64,000 bases of DNA from the IMG/VR virus record IMGVR_UViG_3300032770_000005, positions 32,001 through 96,000 of that record. The stretch is one strand, 5' to 3'. The notes beneath the pieces are model-generated. The model was not told where the DNA came from. It did no database searches and worked only from the letters and a program-made list of their open reading frames with translations. This stretch comes from a virus. Position numbers and translations under genes: made by a program. Of this stretch, positions 28,237 to 38,348 are shown piece by piece; the stretch's first letter is position 1; each line of letters begins with the position of its first letter.

Positions 28237-28527
28237 TCAGAAGCCGTTGCGCATGAGCCAGAGCGCGCAGGCGCGGTCGGGATCACCGTACAGATCTGGC
28301 GTCGTGCACGGGTTCACGTCGTAGTAGTAGCCGTCGCTGTACCAGGGCCCGGTTCCCCACCACGGACCTCCCCACCATCCGCCCCCGCCGCCATAGAAAC
28401 GGCGCCCCCTGCGTCCGCGTCCGCGACCTCCGCCGCCATGCCAGCCCCCGCCGCCGTGGCCGCCCCCGCCACCTCCATGGCCACCGCCTCCGCCGCCCTT
28501 GCCGAGCCCGCGGTCGTGGTAGCTCAT
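28237..28527 (-). CDS. Gly-rich small protein (MSY/GLG family)
   Basis: MSYHDRGLGKGGG...LMRNGF. Confidence 0.6.
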   Translation of the reverse strand: MSYHDRGLGKGGGGGGHGGGGGGHGGGGWHGGGGRGRGRRGRRFYGGGGGWWGGPWWGTGPWYSDGYYYDVNPCTTPDLYGDPDRACALWLMRNGF

Positions 28528-28769
28528 CGACGCGCCCGTCGACGGTTCGACGACATGTGGCGCGCAAGCCCGCGGCCCCACCAGCCGAGCCCGAAGCCGA
28601 CGAGGCCGGCGGCTGCGATGCCGAAGCCGGCACCGAAGGACAGCACCGAGGTCGTGACGTCTTGCCCGAGACCGGCGACCGCTGGCGGAGCGGCTGCCTG
28701 GCAACCGCAGCCGAGGCCGGCGAATGGGTAGCGGGCAGATCGCATCGCGCTCACGGAGGCGTAGGCCAT
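28524..28769 (-). CDS. small TM protein (GLG family)
   Basis: AGLGCG..AGLGQ, TM, MSSNRRRARR. Confidence 0.6.
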   Translation of the reverse strand: MAYASVSAMRSARYPFAGLGCGCQAAAPPAVAGLGQDVTTSVLSFGAGFGIAAAGLVGFGLGWWGRGLARHMSSNRRRARR

Positions 28770-28792
28770 GGCGAGCATGGTAGCTCAGGACC

Positions 28793-29722
28793 GTGTACGC
28801 TTCCAAGCGCGTGCACCCGCTGGCAAAAGTAGCGCTGGGGATCCTCGGCACAGCGTACGCGCACGAGGTGATCGTCAAGCCGGGGCAGTATGCACGGCTC
28901 GCACGCTCGTACGCCGATCGCCGTGGCAAGCCGATGCTGGCCTTCGTTCCGCCGCGAGGTCACACGATCCAGTCGATCGTGTCTGCGCCCCTCGCGCTCG
29001 GAGACGTGAACCTGCATCCGGCAGCAGCAGCGGGACCGACAGGTCGCGGCCGAGTCGCGCGAGGCAACCCCTACGACATGCGCGGCGTGCCGAACAAGCA
29101 CTTCGCCTCGATCTTCAGCCACGGCCTTCTGGAGAACCTCGACCGACCAGACCTCGTGCTCGCTGAGTGGCACCGCGTGGCCGAGCGGCTCTTCATCGTC
29201 GTGCCGTCGTGGTGGACGCCGAACGCGTGGACCGCGAAGTGGAGGATCGATCCTCGGCTTCAAAGCGCGACGCCCGTCTGGGCGAAGTCGCCGCGATCTG
29301 TGCGGTTGCCGCAGCCGGCGCCGCGTGGCTATGCTCTTCCGACAACATGTCCGACACCTTCTCGTCCGACCCCGAAGACAGCTCCGGCCGCACGCCGGCC
29401 GCCGCGCCTGCCGGCGGTGAGACCTCAGGCCTCGGCGTCTCCGAGCCAGAGCCCGCCGTTCGACAGCGGGCCGTCTCCAGCATCGCCAGCGATGACGATG
29501 CCTCTTCTGCCGGAGGCCGCCCCTGGCCCCGGAACGGAAGTGCCGAGGATGTCGTCGGCGACCCAGCAGGACCTGGAGGAGCTGGCGCAAGCGAGCCGGA
29601 TGAACCAAGCGTCGCCGTCGATGGACGAGGAGCCGTTCCTGCCCGATCTGGTTACGCCCTCGTCCGAGTCGGTGGTCTCCTCGATGATGGTCGTGAGTGG
29701 GTCCGACGACACGGACTACTGA
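28793..29722 (+). CDS. degenerate SAM-methyltransferase-like domain with Pro/Ser-rich tail
   Basis: VPNKHFASIFSHGLLENL..EWHRVA..IVVP. Confidence 0.5.
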   Translation: MYASKRVHPLAKVALGILGTAYAHEVIVKPGQYARLARSYADRRGKPMLAFVPPRGHTIQSIVSAPLALGDVNLHPAAAAGPTGRGRVARGNPYDMRGVPNKHFASIFSHGLLENLDRPDLVLAEWHRVAERLFIVVPSWWTPNAWTAKWRIDPRLQSATPVWAKSPRSVRLPQPAPRGYALPTTCPTPSRPTPKTAPAARRPPRLPAVRPQASASPSQSPPFDSGPSPASPAMTMPLLPEAAPGPGTEVPRMSSATQQDLEELAQASRMNQASPSMDEEPFLPDLVTPSSESVVSSMMVVSGSDDTDY

Positions 29723-29965
29723 GCGATCAGATCTTCACGCGGTCCGTCGCCGTGAAGTACGCGCAGCAGAAGGCGCGGGAGGAGCAGGACGGGTACCTGA
29801 CCGTGATCGATCCGCACGGCCGTTGCGCCGCGATCTTCACGCGCACCGGCAGCGCTCCGACATCCGACACGGCGCGCTACATCAAGCGCGTGCTCGCGCG
29901 GAGCGGCCTGTTGGTGAAGCGCACGAGCCGTCCGAACCGCGCGAAGAGACGCACGAGCCGACGGT

Positions 29966-30247
29966 ATGACGATGCTGGAGAGCAGGGTCAACGCGGTCGA
30001 AGCGCGACGCGTGCTGGGCGTCACGCAAGAAGCGTTCGCTGGCATCCTCGGCGTGTCGTTCGTGACCGTGAACCGGTGGGAGAACGGTCACGCGGTTCCT
30101 CTGCGGCCGGTGCAAGATCTCCTCGACGCCCTGCTTGCCGCCTCGTGTCGCGTCAGCCGCGAGAAGCTCAGGTCCGTGTGCACCCTCGATCGTCCCTCGT
30201 TTCTGCGAGAGCTGTACGCGCTGGCGTACCCGAGGCGGCGCAGGTGA
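29966..30247 (+). CDS. XRE-family HTH regulator
   Basis: LGVTQEAFAGILGVSFVTVNRWENG. Confidence 0.88.
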   Translation: MTMLESRVNAVEARRVLGVTQEAFAGILGVSFVTVNRWENGHAVPLRPVQDLLDALLAASCRVSREKLRSVCTLDRPSFLRELYALAYPRRRR

Positions 30248-30311
30248 CACAGCACCCGCGTTCGGTCGGACCACCTTGCTTCGACCACTGTTTCCAGCGA
30301 AACTGCTCGAC

Positions 30312-30659
30312 ATGATGGCCAGAGGCTCGGCCGCGCTGCCTTCCTACACGCCCTCGCTGTACCTGCCCGGCTCGATGGGCCGCTACCGGCAGTACCCGCG
30401 CACCGTCGTCACACGCATCCCCGGCGCCGGCTACAAGGTCGGAAAGCTGGTCTGGGGCGAGCAGGTCCTGAACCTCGACGGCGCCGCGGTCGCGCCGTTC
30501 AACTACGCGTCCGTGCCTCTGCTCGGCCTGGGGCAGATCTTGCCGGCCGCGATGACGGCGAGCCCGCTGCTCGTGGCTGGCGCGCTCATCCTCATCTCGA
30601 ATCTCGCAAAGTCACGCGGCTCGGTCGCGAGCAACGCGCGCCGCCGGAGCCGACGATGA
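30312..30659 (+). CDS. small TM protein (GLG family)
   Basis: LLGLGQ, TM, VASNARRRSRR. Confidence 0.65.
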   Translation: MMARGSAALPSYTPSLYLPGSMGRYRQYPRTVVTRIPGAGYKVGKLVWGEQVLNLDGAAVAPFNYASVPLLGLGQILPAAMTASPLLVAGALILISNLAKSRGSVASNARRRSRR

Positions 30660-31147
30660 GCTACGCGAAGGTGCTCACGGCCGCGCAGGCGAACGCTCAG
30701 ATGGGCTGGACGCCGGCGAAGATGCAGAGCTACTGGCGCCAGCGGGCGCAGCGATGCAGGGGCTTCGCCGACGAGGGCGCCTGCCTCGCTCGTGTCGCGC
30801 GCCATGCGCCGGTCACGATCGTGCCCGCAGGGCTTGGTCAGACGACCGCAGCTGACGTCGGCACGACGATCGCCGACGTCACGTCGGTCGTCGCCGGTCT
30901 GCTCGCGAACCCGGACCAGACGCTCCAGCAGCGGGGGCCGGCGATCGTGACCGCGCTCGACTCGTACGTCGTCGGCCCGCTCGTCGACGCGGCGGCGGCG
31001 CGTGCGACGCCCTATCTGGTCGGCTACCTGGGCCCGCCGGTCGTCGCGATGTACGTCATGGTCGCGCTGAGCACCTGGTTCTCGTACCAGGTCTTCGTTC
31101 AGAACCGCGACCGAGGTGTCGCGAAGAACAGGCGACGACGACGCTGA
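30656..31147 (+). CDS. TM protein (MSY/GLG family)
   Basis: MSYAK..AGLGQ..TM..VAKNRRRRR. Confidence 0.7.
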   Translation: MSYAKVLTAAQANAQMGWTPAKMQSYWRQRAQRCRGFADEGACLARVARHAPVTIVPAGLGQTTAADVGTTIADVTSVVAGLLANPDQTLQQRGPAIVTALDSYVVGPLVDAAAARATPYLVGYLGPPVVAMYVMVALSTWFSYQVFVQNRDRGVAKNRRRRR

Positions 31148-31170
31148 GGGAAGGAGAGTCGGGGCACGCC

Positions 31171-31782
31171 ATGGCGATCAATCAGATCTCGAAGCAGGAC
31201 ATCATGCAGCTCGACCCGGTGCGTGCACGCGCAGGGCAGCGCTGGTGGCAGGAGACGGAACAGCGCGGCCGCATCGGCCGGCAGTCGGTGAACGCCGAGG
31301 AGGCAGCGCCGAAGACGTGGCTGCTCTGGAAGAACGCCTGGCAAGGCGAGGTCGAGGCGGTCATCGAGTGCGAGATCTACATCCAGCCGCGGGCGTCGGA
31401 CCCGCGTGAGATGGTCGGCGTCCTGCACGGGATGTGTCCGAAGTGCGGCGAGACGTTCCTCGTGCGTGAGGACAACAAGGAGATGGCGCTCGACTGGGTG
31501 ATCTATCGCGAGAGCAAGGGGCACCTCAGGGCATCGTGGGCGCAGTTCTGCCGCGAGCGAGGTCGATCGCCGCGGCAGGAGGACAAGATCGCAGTCGTGT
31601 CGTCGCCCGAGCGATGGCAGTGCGACTACTGCAAGAGCTGGTGCGTGCGTGTGACGGACTCCATCGCCATCACCGACATGACCGGCGCTACGCAGCTGTA
31701 CGTGACGGGCTCTCTCCGCAAGCGAGAGGACGGCACGGACGAGCTGGTGGTGGCGACGAAGGAGTCCGAGATCCTCCTCTGA
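31171..31782 (+). CDS. Zn-ribbon hypothetical protein
   Basis: CPKC...CDYC. Confidence 0.7.
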   Translation: MAINQISKQDIMQLDPVRARAGQRWWQETEQRGRIGRQSVNAEEAAPKTWLLWKNAWQGEVEAVIECEIYIQPRASDPREMVGVLHGMCPKCGETFLVREDNKEMALDWVIYRESKGHLRASWAQFCRERGRSPRQEDKIAVVSSPERWQCDYCKSWCVRVTDSIAITDMTGATQLYVTGSLRKREDGTDELVVATKESEILL

Positions 31783-31794
31783 CCGGAGAGCCGC

Positions 31795-32166
31795 ATGTCC
31801 TACCAGATTCAGTCGCGCACGTATCCCATCGGTCCCGGCTACTACCGGGAGCCGCAGACCTATCCGCTGTCGTACGGCATGCGGGGCATGGGCCAGCTCG
31901 CGCCGGCGCCGCCCGTGGCCACCGGCATCGGGGGCGCGGGCATCACGGTGCAGCAGATCGTGATCGGGGTCGTCGTGGTGATCATCGCGATCGTGGCGCT
32001 CTGGTACATGACCAAGGCGGCGAAGGCCGGTCGCAAGGTCGAGCGGAACGCCGTGGTGCAGCGCATCAGCACGAAGGAGCTGGCGCAGCGGCTCTTCGAG
32101 CGGCTGGAGAAGCGCGGCTACACGAACAAGGACACGCTCCGCTCGCTCGACCGTCTCGCGCGATGA
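31795..32166 (+). CDS. TM protein (MSY/GMG family)
   Basis: MSYQIQ..MRGMGQ..TM..VERNA. Confidence 0.7.
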   Translation: MSYQIQSRTYPIGPGYYREPQTYPLSYGMRGMGQLAPAPPVATGIGGAGITVQQIVIGVVVVIIAIVALWYMTKAAKAGRKVERNAVVQRISTKELAQRLFERLEKRGYTNKDTLRSLDRLAR

Positions 32167-32567
32167 GCGTTGTGGTCGCAGTGCTGTTGTCGGGTGTCGG
32201 CATCGTCTTTGCGGCCGTCATGGGGTACTCGTTTGGCCGCGTCGACCGCGAGGCTGAGCGCGAGGCCCGCGTCTCGCCTGCTGCGCCTCCGGAGCGCCCC
32301 GATGTGTTCGAGATCGGACAGCCGGTGTTGGTGCGCATGAGCAAGGACAACGTGTGGGTCGAGGGCGTGCTCCTTGGGTTCAGGTCGAGCGATGGCGCTA
32401 ACACGGCTGCGGTGCGCCTGAAGATGGCTGAGCGGCCTGTCGCCAACGTCGTTACCGACTGGGACGCGCCCCTCGACAGGATCCGCCGGGTCGGTCGCAC
32501 GCGCGTGGAGATCGACGAAGATGCGGGCTATCGCGAGAACGCTCGCAAGGAAAGGACGCTCTCATGA
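32163..32567 (+). CDS. N-terminal TM and SH3-like protein
   Basis: FEIGQPVLVR..WVEGV. Confidence 0.6.
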   Translation: MSVVVAVLLSGVGIVFAAVMGYSFGRVDREAEREARVSPAAPPERPDVFEIGQPVLVRMSKDNVWVEGVLLGFRSSDGANTAAVRLKMAERPVANVVTDWDAPLDRIRRVGRTRVEIDEDAGYRENARKERTLS

Positions 32568-33121
32568 TCCTGTGGAAGTGCGACGTGTGCTCGAAAGTGG
32601 CCGACAGTCCCACGTCCCTCGCACAATGGCGCATCATGCCCAAGCACTGGCGCCGTCGCGCCGGGTTCGTGAAGAAGGGCAGCGAACGCTACGAGGTCGA
32701 CGTCCACGTGTGCTCTGAGTCGTGCGCGAAGGCGTATGACCGGCTGGAGATCGAAAGCGGCGAAGCGTTTTCGTGGTGGAGGTCAGAAGAGACGGCGGAT
32801 CAGGTGTTCCCCCTCAAGTCTACGAGCGCCGCTGCGTCCGTGAACGTCCGTGTTGCCAAGGAGTCGGAGCGCTTTCACAAGGCGCTGCCGAAGCTCATGA
32901 AGTCTCGCGCGATGAGGGGCAAGGCGGTCGTGTTCCTTGGCGGCCGCGTGCGCTCGACGCATGACACGATGGAGCAAGCGTATGCCTCGGCGCTGAACGA
33001 GTTCGGCATCGACGGCGGCTACGTGATCGGCGTGGTTGACCAGTTCAACGTGCCGCGCGTGGTCGATGTGAGTGGCATGCGCGATCGTGCACGGAGGCGG
33101 GCTCGCGGCGCTGGCTCTTGA
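32564..33121 (+). CDS. Zn-finger plus DUF5678-like hypothetical protein
   Basis: CDVC..CSESC; GKAVVFLGGRV...AY..A..EFG. Confidence 0.55.
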   Translation: MILWKCDVCSKVADSPTSLAQWRIMPKHWRRRAGFVKKGSERYEVDVHVCSESCAKAYDRLEIESGEAFSWWRSEETADQVFPLKSTSAAASVNVRVAKESERFHKALPKLMKSRAMRGKAVVFLGGRVRSTHDTMEQAYASALNEFGIDGGYVIGVVDQFNVPRVVDVSGMRDRARRRARGAGS

Positions 33122-33142
33122 CCGCGCGGCCGGCTTGCGGCA

Positions 33143-34552
33143 GTGTCCGACACCATGTCCGACACAGTGTCCGACACCAAGTCACCGCCCGAGACCGCTC
33201 AGGCAGATCTGACCGCAGCAGCGGAAGCGTTCGAGGGCCCGCAGAAGGGCGCCGCGGCGGTGAGCGAGGTCATCGGCGAGCGGATTGCCGGCTACTCCTA
33301 CGTCGCGCCGCCGGCCCCGGGCTCCGACGTGCACGGGCTGTGGCACTACTTCCCCTGCCACGACCGGTCGGGCTACGCCGCGCACGCAATCGCCATGCAC
33401 GCGATGATGCAAGACCGGCTGAAGGTCCCCGTGTCGCTCGTGCCGACGCGCTCCGCAGCGATCGACATCGACTACTTCCCGCGCGACCGCTTCGACATGC
33501 TGCTCCGGTGGAACAAGGACACGTGCGGTCATCCCGAGGCGATGATCGTGTCGCTGCCGCCGTCGCGCGAGTCGTTCCGCGAGTGGGACCGCACGCGTGC
33601 GTTCGTCATGTACTGCGCCTACGAGGCCACCGCGGTCAGCGAGTTCGCCGTGCAGATCTGCAACGACGACCGCGTGACCGCGCTCTGGTGCGTCAGCCCC
33701 TTCACGGCTCGGGCGTTCATCGACTCCGGCGTCGAGCCCGGCAAGGTGTTCGTCCTGCCGCCGCCCATCTGCGATGGGCCGTGGCTCGACATGCTCGACG
33801 ACACGGGGCCTGCGTCCGAGCCCGAGGGCATCTTCCGGTTCACGACCATGGGGACGTGGCACGAGCGCAAGGGGTTCCACGATCTGATCCGCGCCTACTT
33901 CTCCACGTTCAAGCGCGAGGAGCCGGTCGAGCTGGCCATCCGCACGTCGAGCCTCGGTGACGGCGACACGCTGCGGAAGTTCAAGGAGCGGGTCATCGAC
34001 GAGATCGCGAGCATCGCTCGCGCGTACGGCGACGCTCGCTACCCGCACTCGATGAAGATGCCGCGCATCCGCATGCTGCTCGGCACGGACCTGACCGACC
34101 GCGAGGTCATGAGCTGGCTCTGCAAGTTCAGCGACTGCTTCGTCAACGCGTCCTACGGCGAGGGGCTTGGGATTCCGGCGATGTGGGCCGCGGCGCACGG
34201 CATCCCGATCGTGTCGTCGGACTTCGGCGCGGTCGGGGAGTTCCTCGCGGACGCTCAGGTGGCGGCGCCAGTCGGCGACGTGCTGCACATGTTCCCGGCG
34301 AAGGTGGCGCCGGTGCCGACGACGATGCTGCGCTTCAACAGCCTCTTCGATCCGAACGCGCAGTGGGGCTCGTACGACGTTCCCGAGCTGGGCGCGGCCA
34401 TGCGCCGGGCATTCAGTGCTGGCCGCCGGCGCAACGACGCGCTCGCTCGGTACACGCGCTCGCGGTTCTCCTACGACAGGTGCGAGCATCCTGCGGCCGT
34501 GGCGCTGAAGTTCATCAGTCGCCCCGAGACGCTCGCGCGGTGGGGCTTGTGA
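33143..34552 (+). CDS. GT4-family glycosyltransferase
   Basis: SGYAAHA, WHERKG, DCFVNASYGEGLGIP. Confidence 0.85.
   Translation: MSDTMSDTVSDTKSPPETAQADLTAAAEAFEGPQKGAAAVSEVIGERIAGYSYVAPPAPGSDVHGLWHYFPCHDRSGYAAHAIAMHAMMQDRLKVPVSLVPTRSAAIDIDYFPRDRFDMLLRWNKDTCGHPEAMIVSLPPSRESFREWDRTRAFVMYCAYEATAVSEFAVQICNDDRVTALWCVSPFTARAFIDSGVEPGKVFVLPPPICDGPWLDMLDDTGPASEPEGIFRFTTMGTWHERKGFHDLIRAYFSTFKREEPVELAIRTSSLGDGDTLRKFKERVIDEIASIARAYGDARYPHSMKMPRIRMLLGTDLTDREVMSWLCKFSDCFVNASYGEGLGIPAMWAAAHGIPIVSSDFGAVGEFLADAQVAAPVGDVLHMFPAKVAPVPTTMLRFNSLFDPNAQWGSYDVPELGAAMRRAFSAGRRRNDALARYTRSRFSYDRCEHPAAVALKFISRPETLARWGL
33144..33176. promoter_or_regulatory. three tandem TGTCCGACA boxes at 12-bp period
   Basis: 33144, 33156, 33168; directly after TTGACC-N17-CAGTGT (33118-33146). 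Confidence 0.55.
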
Positions 34553-35667
34553 TCGACCTGGTCGGCCACTTCGGGTCGCGCTTCAGCTACGCGACCGTGT
34601 CGTACCAGCTCATGCTCGGGCTCCGAGAGCTGTTTGTGCTGGGTTCGGTGACGAACCTCGATGCCGACACCGTCTACGACGACGTCCGCTCGGAGGCGAA
34701 GTCCGCTGGGCATGCGGTCATCGTGGTGTCAGACCCACAAGCGCACGTGGTCGATCCCCTCTTCGAGCTGTACGGCGAGACCGGCGTGGCGCTGTTCCTG
34801 TCGCCCAACACCACCAACCTCGACCAGAAGCGCACGGAGATCTGCGGGCGCGCTGGGCGCATCTACGTGCCGTCGCGGTACTGCGAACGCACCGTCCAGC
34901 GCGCTCTCGTGCACGGCCATCATGTCAGCGCGGACGTGGTCGTGATGCCGCTCGGTGTTGCGAGCGCATTCCTTAGAAGCGAGCGCCGCGTCGAGCGGGA
35001 CTGGTCCTTGTCCAACCTCTCCGGCCTACGCATGTTGCACCTCAGTACCGACGGCTACTGGCCCGGGCGCAAGGGCACGGACGAACTGCTGGTCGCTTGG
35101 AAGCTATGGGAGAAGCAGGTGCGATCTCCCGTCCGCGGATTCTCTCTCACCGTGCACGTGACGCCGTCGCTGGCCGACGTGGTGACCCGGCGGATCGGCG
35201 ATCTGGCTCTGGAGAACGTGCGCGTCGAGGTGGGACCGGAGCGCGGCATGCAAGATTACGCGCTTCGTGCGTTGTTCGACGCGCATGACGTGCTGGTGCA
35301 GCCGTCGCGGTGCGAGGGGTTCGGCATCATGCCGCTCTCCGCGCTCTGCTTTGGTCTGCTCGTGTACACGACGGCGGACACGGGGCAGGCAGAGTATCTC
35401 TTCCCGGAGGCGGAGCCCCGTGGAGAGACGCAGGGCGTCACCGCCTGCTCGCCCTGGAGCAACTGGGTGCAGATCCCCACGCTGGCTCCTGCGCCGCTTG
35501 CGGGAGAGTTCGGCGAGGCGCCCGAGATCGACCCGGAGCAGCTCGGCGGCGTTCTCGTGCGCGACCAGGTGCGCCCGCCACAGCGGCGTCCTGACGTTCA
35601 CGAGTGGTCGTGGGAGACCAGGCGGAGGCGATGGGCCAGTTCGCTGGCAGAATGGAGCATGAGATGA
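34549..35667 (+). CDS. GT4-family glycosyltransferase
   Basis: IYVPSRY, RKGTDELL, DVLVQPSRCEGFG. Confidence 0.85.
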   Translation: MIDLVGHFGSRFSYATVSYQLMLGLRELFVLGSVTNLDADTVYDDVRSEAKSAGHAVIVVSDPQAHVVDPLFELYGETGVALFLSPNTTNLDQKRTEICGRAGRIYVPSRYCERTVQRALVHGHHVSADVVVMPLGVASAFLRSERRVERDWSLSNLSGLRMLHLSTDGYWPGRKGTDELLVAWKLWEKQVRSPVRGFSLTVHVTPSLADVVTRRIGDLALENVRVEVGPERGMQDYALRALFDAHDVLVQPSRCEGFGIMPLSALCFGLLVYTTADTGQAEYLFPEAEPRGETQGVTACSPWSNWVQIPTLAPAPLAGEFGEAPEIDPEQLGGVLVRDQVRPPQRRPDVHEWSWETRRRRWASSLAEWSMR

Positions 35668-35975
35668 GCGAGATGGACGAGGTGCTGGAAGAGATCGGCG
35701 GCGGGCAGGTCGAGGTGGTGCTGCGGGCGCAGGAGTTCGTGATGCGCCCGGTCCCCAACCTCCAGCGTCCGGGCGAAGCCGCTGGCATCGCCACGGGGCA
35801 GGACAACGTGCGCTTCACCGCGCGGTCCTATCGTCGCGTGCGCACCGCTTGGGCGTTCTTCCTCGAAGAGGACGTGATGGACCCGCAGACCCGGGCGCCG
35901 CGCAAGGTGCGCTCCACCGTCTACATCCAGGCGAGCGACATCCTGTACCTGAACGTGGTCTCTTCGCTCGCCTGA
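35664..35975 (+). CDS. hypothetical protein
   Basis: Coupled start MSEMDEV. Confidence 0.6.
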   Translation: MSEMDEVLEEIGGGQVEVVLRAQEFVMRPVPNLQRPGEAAGIATGQDNVRFTARSYRRVRTAWAFFLEEDVMDPQTRAPRKVRSTVYIQASDILYLNVVSSLA

Positions 35976-36001
35976 GGGCAGCTCGGGAGGTCCGACGCAA
36001 C

Positions 36002-36259
36002 GTGATCGACTGGGAAGACAAGCTGGGCTCGACCAACGTTCGGATCACCTTCCGGACCTACAAGGTCTACGTCCAGAAGCTGACCGTCGTGGCGCGAGCG
36101 CACGGCTTCCGTCTGGGCGCTAGGCTATCGCTCGGCGCTGCGTTGAACCACATCATCGGCAGGTACGACGACACGGAAGAGACGGCGAAGGTGGCGTCCA
36201 TGCCTCCGGAGCCAGAACCGGTGCGGCGGCGCAAGAAGCGCCCGAGGAGGAGATCATGA
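36002..36259 (+). CDS. small basic, possibly DNA-binding protein
   Basis: GTG start after GGGAGG; basic tail. Confidence 0.5.
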   Translation: MIDWEDKLGSTNVRITFRTYKVYVQKLTVVARAHGFRLGARLSLGAALNHIIGRYDDTEETAKVASMPPEPEPVRRRKKRPRRRS

Positions 36260-36819
36260 GCGACCAGAAGCCCCCCAACATGACCGACGAGCAGCTCGCG
36301 GAGTACATCCGGCAGCGCAAGCAGGAGGAGTTCGATCCCAACGCGCCGCTGCCGCCATCGACCGGCGTCGCGCCTCTCGCGCGCGTCACGGGTGACGGCC
36401 GAGCGCTCGCGCGCCGAGCCGCTGGCGAGATCCCGCCGAACGAGCTGCGGTTCCACTGCGGCAGCTGCGGGCAGGACAAGCAGCTTCAGTTCGACGAGGA
36501 CGAGATCGCGGCGCTGGGCGGTGACATCCGCGAGTACACCGGGCCGTGCTGGAACTGCGGCACGATGATGCTGCGTCCCTACAACGACTACTGGGGCAAG
36601 GACTTCCCCTCGATGTCGGACATGGCGAGCAAGGCGCGGCGCGAGGAGTACCGCGAGCAGGCGCAGGTCTTCGCGGACACGATCGCCGACAAGGCCGCCT
36701 CCATGCTCGTGCCGAAGCCGTCGCCCGCGGCCACCGCCGATGCTGCGCCCGCGCCGGCGGATGCGCCCGAGGACGATCTGCCCGAGGACGTCGACGTCAG
36801 CGAGCTGAAGCCGAGGTGA
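36256..36819 (+). CDS. Zn-ribbon hypothetical protein
   Basis: CGSC...CWNC. Confidence 0.7.
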   Translation: MSDQKPPNMTDEQLAEYIRQRKQEEFDPNAPLPPSTGVAPLARVTGDGRALARRAAGEIPPNELRFHCGSCGQDKQLQFDEDEIAALGGDIREYTGPCWNCGTMMLRPYNDYWGKDFPSMSDMASKARREEYREQAQVFADTIADKAASMLVPKPSPAATADAAPAPADAPEDDLPEDVDVSELKPR

Positions 36820-37346
36820 CCCTCGAAGCGCGCTACCGAGATGCTTGCGTCGCGCCGAGCGACATCAACGAGCATCTGCCCACGCTACGGCGGCTCGCGG
36901 CGACATGCGGCGGCCACGTGACGGAGATGGGCGTCAGGCACGGGGTGAGCACGATCGCCCTGCTCGCCGCGCAGCCGCGCGTGCTGCGCTGCTACGACAT
37001 CCTCCAGTACGACTGGTCGAGCATCATGCCGCTGCGTGGGGCGACCGATCTGCTCTTCACGGTCGCGGACTCGCGCGCCATCGACATCGAGGAGACGGAC
37101 CTGCTCTTCATCGACACGTGGCACGTGTACGACCAGCTCAAGGTCGAGCTGAGTCGTCACTCGCCGCGGGTCCGGCGGTGGATCGCGATGCACGACACGG
37201 TGACCTTCGGGGCCAGGGGCGAGGACCCGAAGTATGGCGGCCTCTGGGCAGCGGTACAGGAGTTCGTCGCGGGTGGCTGGTGGAAGATCATCGAGCACCA
37301 TCCGAACAACAACGGCCTCACGGTCGTCGAGCGTTGTGGGAAGTAG
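36816..37346 (+). CDS. class I SAM methyltransferase (Methyltransf_24-like)
   Basis: SDINEHL, VTEMGVRHGVST, DLLFIDTWHVY, HDT, NNNGL. Confidence 0.85.
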   Translation: MTLEARYRDACVAPSDINEHLPTLRRLAATCGGHVTEMGVRHGVSTIALLAAQPRVLRCYDILQYDWSSIMPLRGATDLLFTVADSRAIDIEETDLLFIDTWHVYDQLKVELSRHSPRVRRWIAMHDTVTFGARGEDPKYGGLWAAVQEFVAGGWWKIIEHHPNNNGLTVVERCGK

Positions 37347-37350
37347 CAGT

Positions 37351-38041
37351 CATGCTTATCCGGTTGGACGCGCAAAGAAGGAGGCGCGAACCGATGACTA
37401 ACGATGACTACGAGGAGTTCGTGGACGGTCTGGCGCTGATTGGTATCACGCCACAGCCGGTGTCGCCGGAGACATTGCTGCGCGCGCTGCTCGATCAGAA
37501 TGGCCACTACGTTTCGGACAAGATCGTCGAGTTGATGGAAGTGGTTGGGTGCAGCCCGCGCACTGGCTGGGCCGTCGTCATTCCGCAGGTCGAGGCGGGC
37601 CAGCGCTGCATCCTGCCACCCGGCTTTTCCTATCGCGAGAGCGGTGAGAGATACGGCGCTTTCTTTTACGAGGAATCGCATGGCAAAAACCATGGGCCGT
37701 GGGTCATCGATCCACGCAAGGACCGCGATGCGTTCTATGCAGCGGCCAAGGACCCGCTACTCGTAGATGTCTGCCGAATCGCGTGCGCGCGGTGGGGCGA
37801 GCCGAGCGAGAGCACCAACTCGCGCGGCCAACGCCTGACGTATTTCCCATGGGGACTGGCACATCCGACAGAGTCGGTACCTGACGCCGGTGTCCAGCAT
37901 GCGCGCTGGTTTGTAGAGGGGGAGCCGGCCGCCGCTGTGGCTGTGGCAGCAGGTCGTCTAGGACACGATGCTCTTGCGATCGTCGGTGCACGCTGGATGT
38001 TCAACAATGGGCGAAAACCGGATAGCAGTCATGACGGGTGA
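37351..38041 (+). CDS. hypothetical protein (lower-GC insert)
   Basis: C-terminal part of ORF 36845..38041; start 37351 or 37393. Confidence 0.5.
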
Positions 38042-38348
38042 GGAGCTTCCGCCGCTGTCGAAAGGAGAGACCGTGTTTCTCCTTTGCGGCCGCATCGATC
38101 ACGACGGACTCTCTTTGGATCCGGACAACGACGATCAGCCGGTTCTGGACCCGCGGAGCTTTTCGTGGCTCTCCGCAGAGGTGCGTGGCCGCGAGAGTTT
38201 CGATTCCTACGAGATCGTCTTTCCGGACGGTAGCGTTACGGAATACGAGCGCCGATTTCTTTTGACCCGCACCGAGGCGACGCGGTTCGCTGAAGTCGGC
38301 CTGGTGGAGTTGAAGTCAGTGGAAGCGCGCGAGCGAACTGCGCGATGA
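38031..38348 (+). CDS. hypothetical protein (lower-GC insert)
   Basis: MTGEELPPL; stop overlaps the GT17 start. Confidence 0.5.
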   Translation: MTGEELPPLSKGETVFLLCGRIDHDGLSLDPDNDDQPVLDPRSFSWLSAEVRGRESFDSYEIVFPDGSVTEYERRFLLTRTEATRFAEVGLVELKSVEARERTAR

